Source: a virus. Taken from it: 64,000 nt of DNA. The translations under genes were made by a program, and so were the position numbers. The notes under the pieces are model-generated. The model was not told where the DNA came from, did not search any database, and saw nothing but the letters and a program-made list of their open reading frames with translations. Numbering within the stretch: the first letter of the stretch is position 1; each line of letters starts with the position of its first letter. Shown here piece after piece: positions 8,845 to 15,541 of the stretch. The stretch is taken from IMG/VR virus record IMGVR_UViG_3300025435_000010, positions 1-64,000 of that record; one strand, 5' to 3'.

Positions 8845-9096
8845 ATGAAAAATAACAACGACGTTACACACAATTGTAAGAGTGAACTAGTTCTCTGGTT
8901 GGATAACGATCCGTTCTTTCACCAGGAATGGAGAACGACTATTAGAACAGGTAACCTCACATATATTAAAGATGCATTTGAGGAGGCGGGATTTAAGTAC
9001 AGGAAAGATCAGTGGGAAGAGGTAGTGGATCAATTTGAATTTGAACTGAAGGAAGAGGAAGAAAGATTAGATTCCTATTGCAGTATCCTTCAATAG
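8845..9096 (+). CDS. Early cassette protein (MKNNN)
   Basis: Repeat promoter; ELVLWLDND motif. Confidence 0.8.
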   Translation: MKNNNDVTHNCKSELVLWLDNDPFFHQEWRTTIRTGNLTYIKDAFEEAGFKYRKDQWEEVVDQFEFELKEEEERLDSYCSILQ

Positions 9097-9112
9097 CCTG
9101 TATACTAATAGT

Positions 9113-9322
9113 ATGAAAAATAAAGCAACCCTGAAGTCCGACGGCTGGTATATTATCTTTGTTAATGGTGTGGAGGAAGAGCTCCATCTAGCAGCTAACA
9201 CCAATCTTTTCATCTTTGACGAAGAACATGATGGGGAGGGACATGTTGATATGTATCACTGTGAATCTGATGAATTTCAAGGCTCTATTTCACTTGAGCC
9301 TCATCAACTAATTCTAGCTTGA
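9113..9322 (+). CDS. Early acidic cassette protein
   Basis: Repeat promoter. Confidence 0.8.
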   Translation: MKNKATLKSDGWYIIFVNGVEEELHLAANTNLFIFDEEHDGEGHVDMYHCESDEFQGSISLEPHQLILA

Positions 9323-9353
9323 AATTCCTTTAAGATTCCATCATAATAATAGT

Positions 9354-9545
9354 ATGAAAAATAAGAACACATCAGTAAACGAATACTACGAGAACGTAAC
9401 AACGGCTGCTAAGGTCCTGGAGGAGTACTACGGGAGGCTAACGAAGTTCACTTCTAGTGAAGAGCGAAAGAAGGAGTATAATACCTTTAGACGTGAGATG
9501 AGAGATTTGTGGAAGACTCATGCGTCGTACGCCTTAGAACAATAA
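9354..9545 (+). CDS. Early cassette protein (MKNKN)
   Basis: Repeat promoter. Confidence 0.8.
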   Translation: MKNKNTSVNEYYENVTTAAKVLEEYYGRLTKFTSSEERKKEYNTFRREMRDLWKTHASYALEQ

Positions 9546-9582
9546 GCTTGAAATTCCTTTTGAATTCCTTTATACTGATAGT

Positions 9583-9834
9583 ATGAAAAATAAGAACACC
9601 CTAGTAAAAGAATACTTCTTCGGATATGATTTGAAGAATGTTAAAGCAGTTCAAGACTATGTTCAAAAGACATATAAGGACGAAGTAGATTATGAGATGT
9701 ATGTTGGGTATGGAGACGATGTAATGAACGCTCTAGAAGTCTATAACGAGAGTCTTACTAAGGATATAACATTCCTAGGGCTAGTAAATGAATGCGAAGG
9801 AAGAGGAGAGTTTGAAAGCGAAGACGAGGAATAA
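9583..9834 (+). CDS. Early acidic cassette protein (MKNKN)
   Basis: Repeat promoter. Confidence 0.8.
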   Translation: MKNKNTLVKEYFFGYDLKNVKAVQDYVQKTYKDEVDYEMYVGYGDDVMNALEVYNESLTKDITFLGLVNECEGRGEFESEDEE

Positions 9835-9871
9835 GCTTTAAGTTCCAATCAAATTACAATATACTAATAGT

Positions 9872-10093
9872 ATGAAAATTAACGGATACAAGAAAGAGTT
9901 CATGAAAGTAGTAACCTATAGAGTTGAAGACGTCCCGGGTGTAGGAACAGTTATGTATTCAGATTACTACGATGATAACGATAAGATTGTAGATAGTATT
10001 ATGAGAACGGAGGAAGGGTATACAATTGAAGTACCATCAGTTCTAGAAGAAGTTCAGAACTTTATTGATGAAGAGATGAACGTAAAGATCTAA
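9872..10093 (+). CDS. Early acidic cassette protein
   Basis: Repeat promoter. Confidence 0.8.
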   Translation: MKINGYKKEFMKVVTYRVEDVPGVGTVMYSDYYDDNDKIVDSIMRTEEGYTIEVPSVLEEVQNFIDEEMNVKI

Positions 10094-10099
10094 ACAAAC

Positions 10100-10354
10100 A
10101 TGGAATACAAATTGATTCAATACAAGGATAAGGATCTAGATCTCTTCAATAAAGAGGTTAACGAGTTACTAAAAGATAATTGGAAACTCGAAGGAGACTA
10201 TAGGATTACAACCATTAAGTCAAAGGTAGTAGATAGCTATCTTATCTATAGTCAGGTACTAACTAAGGAAGAAGAGAAGAAAGCTCTAGGATTTAACGTA
10301 CATCTATTAGAGGAAGAGAATAAAAACATAGAGAAAAAGAAGAAAAAGAGTTAG
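10100..10354 (+). CDS. DUF1737-like small protein
   Basis: YKLI...F.KEVNELL.D.WKL.G...YSQ pattern. Confidence 0.6.
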   Translation: MEYKLIQYKDKDLDLFNKEVNELLKDNWKLEGDYRITTIKSKVVDSYLIYSQVLTKEEEKKALGFNVHLLEEENKNIEKKKKKS

Positions 10355-10780
10355 TTTTTACTAAAAAGAAAAGAAAAGACTAAGAAAGTTAGTCTAGACT
10401 AACATTTAAGTACGAGGAAAGGTAACAATAAGTCGTAGAAGTTCAAACAACGATTAGCCCCGGTTAGTTATTAAAAGCGGGCGGGATTAAAAGAACCCCT
10501 TAGGGAGAACCTGTTGTCCCTAGTCGATAGATAGAGTAGATAGAATATAGAAGGGGATAGAGAAATATAGAAATCCCTAGGAATCTCCAAAGAAAGAGGG
10601 AAAGAGCTGTTAGAGCTTGTTTATAGCCGTTCAAAGCCGTTCGAGCTCGTATAAACTGTAGCACATCCCACCTCCGTTCAGGAACTTCTAGCGTTATCTC
10701 CGAGCTACAAACTGCAACATCTACGGCAAAAACGGTTTCTTCTTGCGTTCCAGCCCAGAAACCCATATACTGTATAGATA

Positions 10781-10993
10781 ATGACGACTACACCCAACTA
10801 CTACGATTGTTTTATTGACTCCGTTCTTAGTCTTCCACCGAAGCTCCGAATGAGCATCCTTAAGGGTGCAGGTACCGGGTGTACGGACAACAACCCCTAT
10901 CTCTACCTCTGGAACCACTATAGTGATCTAGATAGTGAGATCGGTCAATTCCTCCATGCTATTCTAGATGAGTACAACCTTGCCCTTGACTAA
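10781..10993 (+). CDS. Early hypothetical protein
   Basis: Promoter TTGCGT-17-TATACT upstream. Confidence 0.7.
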   Translation: MTTTPNYYDCFIDSVLSLPPKLRMSILKGAGTGCTDNNPYLYLWNHYSDLDSEIGQFLHAILDEYNLALD

Positions 10994-10994
10994 G

Positions 10995-11171
10995 ATGAAG
11001 AAATTTATTAAAAATCCCTATGCTTACTTCCTATCTAAACTCGGATATAAGTACGTTCCTAACTCACCAATTTTAACCTACTTAACTCGATTTTCTAACT
11101 CTACTTACTTTGAAGATAGAATGAATAACAATGACCTAGATAGGTATACTTACAAGCTTTATTCTCTATAG
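10995..11171 (+). CDS. Hypothetical protein
   Basis: Start MKKFIKNP after the upstream stop. Confidence 0.5.
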   Translation: MKKFIKNPYAYFLSKLGYKYVPNSPILTYLTRFSNSTYFEDRMNNNDLDRYTYKLYSL

Positions 11172-11365
11172 TTATTATCCATACTCCTCTAGAAGGTGCT
11201 AGCAGGAACTTTGTTAAGCCGATGTTAAATTAATCAAAGTTCCTGACGTTAGATTGATGTTAGTGCATCTAGGTAGGGTCAGCTAACAAACGTAGCAAAG
11301 TATTACCTTCTCTTCGAGCTGTTTTCCTCTCCTAGGTCCCTGCTCAACGACCTCTTCTTTATTAT

Positions 11366-11402
11366 CCATTCAGTATATAGAGATTCAGAAGGAACTACAA
11401 GC
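11366..11402 (-). promoter_or_regulatory. Inverted copy of the early promoter repeat
   Basis: Minus strand reads gcTTGTAGttccttctgaatctctaTATACTgaatgg. Confidence 0.8.
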
Positions 11403-11458
11403 GGAATCTGAAAAACTTTCCTCTTGAGTTCCTCTGAATGTTCCGCCATAATGAATGT

Positions 11459-11554
11459 ATGAAAAATAAGAACAGCACAACCAAGATCAAGAATCAGAAA
11501 ACCGGAAAATATGTTGATATCAACAAAGTTCCGGTTTCAGCGTTCTTTGAATAG
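11459..11554 (+). CDS. 31-aa cassette peptide (MKNKNSTTK...)
   Basis: Repeat promoter at 11424; hand translation. Confidence 0.6.
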   Translation: MKNKNSTTKIKNQKTGKYVDINKVPVSAFFE

Positions 11555-11591
11555 GCTTGAATGTTTCTAATCCTTCCATCATAATAAAATT

Positions 11592-11858
11592 ATGAAAAAT
11601 ACAATAGAGGAACAGAATTATTCAATTGCAAGCAAAGAGGCTATTAATGCAGGTGATGATGTAGCTTTTTACAGTTTTCAGCTATCTCATCTCACTGAGA
11701 ACTTACCTATTAAAATTGTTTTGAAAAAGATTGGCAATCTTGAAATTCTTAACAAGATTGATAAGGCTAAGAAACAACTTAAACAAGCTGAAAAGCTGCT
11801 AGTTCTTGCTAAAGCCAAAGAGAGAGCAGCTTGGGCAGCTTTGCAAATGCAGGCTTGA
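11592..11858 (+). CDS. Early cassette protein
   Basis: Repeat promoter. Confidence 0.75.
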   Translation: MKNTIEEQNYSIASKEAINAGDDVAFYSFQLSHLTENLPIKIVLKKIGNLEILNKIDKAKKQLKQAEKLLVLAKAKERAAWAALQMQA

Positions 11859-11889
11859 AGTTCCTTTTAGAATCCCTTATACTAATGGT

Positions 11890-12069
11890 ATGAAACTTGA
11901 TAGAATGATTGGCAATTGTACTATGGAAGATGTTGTAGAAGATATCTTTGGAAGCGTTAGTGAGTTCGCCCGCCTTGTAGAAGAGAACGGAGATGAATTT
12001 CTATATAAGAATTCTATAGTTGTCAAATACGACGAAGATAATGATGTTCATTATTTCTTCGAGCTTTAA
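11890..12069 (+). CDS. Early acidic cassette protein
   Basis: Start corrected to MKLDR after the repeat promoter. Confidence 0.75.
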   Translation: MKLDRMIGNCTMEDVVEDIFGSVSEFARLVEENGDEFLYKNSIVVKYDEDNDVHYFFEL

Positions 12070-12107
12070 GCCTTGAAGTTCCAACCAAAATCAAATATAC
12101 TAATAGT

Positions 12108-12215
12108 ATGAAAAATAAGAACATCGTAACTAACCCAATCAACCTTCCCTTCCTCTTTGCTACGACTTTGATTGTAGTGATTAACGTAATAGCGTTCGCT
12201 TTGATGCCTCGATAA
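12108..12215 (+). CDS. 35-aa membrane peptide, paralog of 13277
   Basis: MKNKNIVTNPINLPFLFATTLIVVINVIAFALMPR*. Confidence 0.75.
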   Translation: MKNKNIVTNPINLPFLFATTLIVVINVIAFALMPR

Positions 12216-12295
12216 AAGGCTTGAGGTTCCTTTAAAGATCAGACATAATAGAAGAGTAGAATAAGTCAAACAACAACAACCAACAACAAACTAAA

Positions 12296-12640
12296 ATGAA
12301 CAAAAATACAACCCCAATTGAAGTCATCGAGTATCTTACTAACTACTTCGAGACGTTTGGCAACTTGCCTGTTCCAGTCATCGAATGCCAGGCTTCAGGT
12401 ACTGCCTTCACCTGCTTCGGAACTAACCTCAAAAATAAGATTGAGAAGTTCGGCGGAATTAAGGAGCTTCTTACCACGTTTACTGGACGTGGAGTAGTGA
12501 AGAAGACTACGACTAAGGTCGAGGTTAAGGAGGAGACTCCAACTACTGTAGAGGCAACGATCACTAAGCGTTCACGTCCTAGCCGTTCGAAGGCTGCAAT
12601 TGCCGAGCGTCAAGCAGCTCAGGTCGAAGTCCAAGCCTAA
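12296..12640 (+). CDS. Early protein, paralog of 2996
   Basis: Shared FG(S/T)NL..KI.KFG....LLTTF motif. Confidence 0.8.
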   Translation: MNKNTTPIEVIEYLTNYFETFGNLPVPVIECQASGTAFTCFGTNLKNKIEKFGGIKELLTTFTGRGVVKKTTTKVEVKEETPTTVEATITKRSRPSRSKAAIAERQAAQVEVQA

Positions 12641-12666
12641 AACCTAACCCATTAACATATACTAAT

Positions 12667-12888
12667 ATGAAGATTGATTATCGTAAAGGCCCGATGGCTA
12701 AGTCACCAAAGCTTGCCAACATTCTCCACGACTTAACAATTGGTGAGACGTTTGTAACTTCAAATCCTGATGCCCGAAGGATGGCAAACTCCCTCTCCAG
12801 GGCTTCAAAGAAGTACGGAACCAGACTTACTACACTGTCGTTAGGTAATGGATTTACGCTTGTAGAAGCGATTCGTTACAATAGTTAA
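12667..12888 (+). CDS. Small basic putative DNA-binding protein
   Basis: L.IGETF...A...SR.SKKYG pattern. Confidence 0.65.
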   Translation: MKIDYRKGPMAKSPKLANILHDLTIGETFVTSNPDARRMANSLSRASKKYGTRLTTLSLGNGFTLVEAIRYNS

Positions 12889-12982
12889 TTCAGGCTTGGG
12901 ATAAGGAGGTGGAGGTGTTTTGGCCCTCCACCTCCAAACCTTTCCGCTTGTAGTTCCCTTCAAATTCCCTTATACTAATAGT

Positions 12983-13237
12983 ATGAAAAATAAGAACAAC
13001 GCAATGTACATACTGGCTGGCAACTTGGGTTATGATGGAGATGTTACCTTGGGAGTTTACTCCTCGGAAGCTGGAGCTAAAGAGGCTGCAGTTAACTATG
13101 AGAAGGCTCTAAAGAATGATACGGAGAATGACTTAACTGACTTCAACGGTGAGTATCTGATTACAGTAATGAATTTGGATAATGCTGCAACTGATGAGAA
13201 GTTTTTGAGGTCTTCTAACATTAACTTCAAGCTGTAA
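12983..13237 (+). CDS. Early cassette protein (MKNKNN)
   Basis: Repeat promoter; LGVYSSE..AKEA motif. Confidence 0.8.
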   Translation: MKNKNNAMYILAGNLGYDGDVTLGVYSSEAGAKEAAVNYEKALKNDTENDLTDFNGEYLITVMNLDNAATDEKFLRSSNINFKL

Positions 13238-13276
13238 AGGCTTGACCATCCCCAGAAGTTCCTTTATACTGATTGT

Positions 13277-13384
13277 ATGAAAAATAAGAACAACGTAAAC
13301 AATCCAATCAATCTCTGGATCCTGGCTGCTAGCTCACTAGTGGTTGTAATTAACATAGTAGCTTTTGCTTTGATGCCTAGATAG
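13277..13384 (+). CDS. 35-aa membrane peptide, paralog of 12108
   Basis: MKNKNNVNNPINLWILAASSLVVVINIVAFALMPR*. Confidence 0.75.
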   Translation: MKNKNNVNNPINLWILAASSLVVVINIVAFALMPR

Positions 13385-13426
13385 AAGAGACTTGAAGTTC
13401 CAATCAAATTCCCTTATACTGATAGT

Positions 13427-13684
13427 ATGAAAAATAAGAACAACGTAACGAACAGAACGGTATCAGAGCTTGTAGACCTCATTTGTGAGCTCCAGACAAA
13501 GAAGGGTAATGGAGACTTCAAACATTCATATGCATTGGGTACAGTGCAGGCCATCTTAGATTGGCACGTTAAGGGCTATACAACTGACCTTCAGGGAACG
13601 ATTAACGATTCATATAACAATGTAAAGAAAGAGATGGATACTTTTGAACCGCTAACAGCAGTCACCGACTACCCAACAGACTAA
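13427..13684 (+). CDS. Early cassette protein (MKNKNN)
   Basis: Repeat promoter. Confidence 0.8.
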   Translation: MKNKNNVTNRTVSELVDLICELQTKKGNGDFKHSYALGTVQAILDWHVKGYTTDLQGTINDSYNNVKKEMDTFEPLTAVTDYPTD

Positions 13685-13685
13685 T

Positions 13686-13871
13686 ATGAAAAAGAGATAC
13701 ATCATTCTATTCATCCTAGCACTCGTTACCATTACCTATCTAACCGATAGCTTCTAACATATGAACATATTCATCCTAGCTCTTGTAATACTATTGGCTG
13801 TATATACCATACCATTCCATCTGATCATAGTAGCTCTCTTAGTAGCGTTACTTGTTAAAGCTCTAAACTAA
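13686..13871 (+). CDS. Two tiny hydrophobic peptides (13686-13757 and 13761-13871)
   Basis: MKKRYIILFILALVTITYLTDSF* and MNIFILALVILLAVYTIPFHLIIVALLVALLVKALN*. Confidence 0.5.
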
Positions 13872-13878
13872 TTAACAT

Positions 13879-14034
13879 ATGAATAAACTACAAGAGTATA
13901 TCTTACAGATAGAACGTATTAAGTTACTACAGACTTTGGATTGGGAGAACAAATACACTTCCGAATACAAAGGTGAGAAGGAAGTACTCTACATGCTCCT
14001 AAAGCCTTTACTTAAACAATCTTCTGAGACGTAA
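13879..14034 (+). CDS. 51-aa hypothetical protein
   Basis: Hand translation MNKLQEYILQIERIKLLQ...SSET*. Confidence 0.55.
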   Translation: MNKLQEYILQIERIKLLQTLDWENKYTSEYKGEKEVLYMLLKPLLKQSSET

Positions 14035-14059
14035 GTGACTGTATAGATAGGGATGATAG

Positions 14060-14120
14060 GTGGGGGTTCTAGAACAGAGGTGGTGTTCTAAAATCACATA
14101 GTGGGTTCTAGAACCCCCAC
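14060..14120. repeat. Perfect 16-bp inverted repeat containing three GTTCTA(G/A)AA units
   Basis: GTGGGGGTTCTAGAAC (14060-75) / GTTCTAGAACCCCCAC (14105-20). Confidence 0.85.
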
Positions 14121-14468
14121 GGGGATATAACCCTAAGTACGGGAATTTATAGATGTGAGAAAAGGGGTTGGGGAATTGGATAGACCCATGCCAAAATTTG
14201 TTCGCGGAAAAATTTTTTTAGCGCTTTTTTGGGGAGTTCTCTATATAGGCCTTTTTAAAGCTAAGTATCTATATATGAACGAGTGTACAAGGTTCTGGGT
14301 ACTGTGGTTTATTATATTAAACAATCTAGCCTGGCTTGTTTGGGTAGCCTATACATTCTATGATTTTAGAGTGATAACTATACCGTAACCTCTACCTGGG
14401 GGTGTTCAGCTTCTTTAGAGCTATTAGCTATTGCATTCTTTTTATTCATTCATTATAATAGGACCTAT

Positions 14469-14723
14469 ATGAAGTCTAATACTCTAGTTTTCCTATTACT
14501 CACTATGCTTCTAAGTGCCTGCACGTCAGCCCGAGTAGCTAAGTTCCAATCATTAGGCTCTAAACATAAGATCATTCTCTATAGTGGAGGTGTAGTAGTG
14601 GGTACTTGGCATTCCTCCGGCTATATTCAAAATGAAGAGAAGTCCGATGGCTATTACTTTAAGGATGATAGTACTGGGAAGCTCATTAGTGTATCTGGTA
14701 CAGTGGTAATTGAACAGGAATAA
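14469..14723 (+). CDS. Lipoprotein
   Basis: Signal peptide with LSAC lipobox; TTGCAT-17-TATAAT promoter. Confidence 0.75.
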   Translation: MKSNTLVFLLLTMLLSACTSARVAKFQSLGSKHKIILYSGGVVVGTWHSSGYIQNEEKSDGYYFKDDSTGKLISVSGTVVIEQE

Positions 14724-14726
14724 ACT

Positions 14727-14999
14727 ATGGCTACTATTCTAATACCTACCCCTCTTCGGAGACTTACTAACAATGTAGATACTATCCATTGTTCTGGTTC
14801 TACTATTGAAGAGATTATCGATAACCTGGAATTCGGCTATCCAGATATTAAAGAACGTATCTGTAATCCCGATGGTCAGATCCGTTCATTTGTTAATATC
14901 TATTTGAATAACGAAGATGTTCGATTTAGTTCCGGGACGGCTACGCCAGTAAAGGATTCTGATGAAGTCTCTATTGTACCTGCTATTGCCGGCGGTTAG
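14727..14999 (+). CDS. MoaD/ThiS/CysO-family ubiquitin-like (beta-grasp) protein
   Basis: IPTPLRR...FVNIYLNNEDVRF...DEVSIVPAIAGG with C-terminal Gly-Gly. Confidence 0.9.
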   Translation: MATILIPTPLRRLTNNVDTIHCSGSTIEEIIDNLEFGYPDIKERICNPDGQIRSFVNIYLNNEDVRFSSGTATPVKDSDEVSIVPAIAGG

Positions 15000-15036
15000 A
15001 CTATTGATAAAGTTCTATAACGTACTAAGTACCTAT

Positions 15037-15237
15037 ATGTCTGTAAGATTCTATGATAGCTTTGTTAAGCGTTTAACCCGGGATCAGGTTCCGGGACCTA
15101 CGGGGGAAGGATCAACCCCTTCTACCGATAGATATATGAAAGATGAAGGTAAGATGAACCCTGAGCTTAAGAACAACCTTCCTAAGCTTACGGACTATAA
15201 GGATAAGTCCGATTCCGGGCCGGGCTCAGAGGCATGA
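15037..15237 (+). CDS. Late hypothetical protein
   Basis: TAAGTA immediately upstream of MSVRFY. Confidence 0.55.
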   Translation: MSVRFYDSFVKRLTRDQVPGPTGEGSTPSTDRYMKDEGKMNPELKNNLPKLTDYKDKSDSGPGSEA

Positions 15238-15257
15238 AGGATTAGCTTTTTTTCTCT

Positions 15258-15524
15258 ATGAAAGCAGAAGACCTAATTGAAACATTTAATAATCTTAAAG
15301 AAGCCTATAGCAAGGCTATTCTACCGGAGAATATGGAGAGACAGAAAAAGCTTCAAGAATTAGTTGATAATCATAGAGAGAATCTAGAGATATTAACCCA
15401 GCGATTTCAGAATAATAAAATAAGCGCTAATACGTTTAATAAGAAACTTCAAGAGGTAACTGATGAGTATCTAAAGAATTTTAATCTTCTTAATAATACT
15501 AGTATTGATATTAAAGAAGAATAA
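15258..15524 (+). CDS. Helical hypothetical protein
   Basis: ORF track. Confidence 0.6.
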   Translation: MKAEDLIETFNNLKEAYSKAILPENMERQKKLQELVDNHRENLEILTQRFQNNKISANTFNKKLQEVTDEYLKNFNLLNNTSIDIKEE

Positions 15525-15541
15525 TCTATAATACTCTGTCT

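Larger units (their letters stand above)
2958..13445 (+). repeat. Dispersed ~50-bp early-promoter/start repeat, about 24 copies; consensus gcTTGAAaTTCC-n-ttTATACTaatagtATGAAAAATAAgAAC
   Basis: -35 hexamers begin at 2961, 3990, 4796, 5685, 6243, 6821, 7334, 7759, 7979, 8499, 8810, 9078, 9319, 9548, 9837, 10743, 11424, 11557, 11855, 12073, 12221, 12948, 13242, 13392; 17-bp spacer, then TATACT/CATAAT. Confidence 0.92.

Noticed and set aside
11172-11370. TTATCCAT repeats as DnaA boxes
   Set aside because: Only two copies, both mismatched to TTATCCACA. Kept only as a direct repeat.
2932-12564. Minus-strand ORFs in the early region (2932, 3188, 4058, 4374, 7279, 8993, 10500, 10721, 12066, 12343)
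   Set aside because: Most are shadows of promoter-linked plus-strand genes, and none has a start signal or protein-like features.
2963-12982. Longer upstream starts in the ORF track (2963, 5630, 7743, 8794, 11806)
   Set aside because: They read through the promoter repeat itself. The ATG 6 nt after the -10 box is the consistent start.
2958-13445. Repeat array as a CRISPR array or integron attC array
   Set aside because: The repeats are degenerate promoters, the intervening DNA is whole ORFs of variable length, the units are not attC-like palindromes, and no cas or integrase gene is in the window.
14066-14114. GTTCTAGAAC as a eukaryotic heat-shock element
   Set aside because: The context is entirely bacteriophage, so the resemblance is coincidental.
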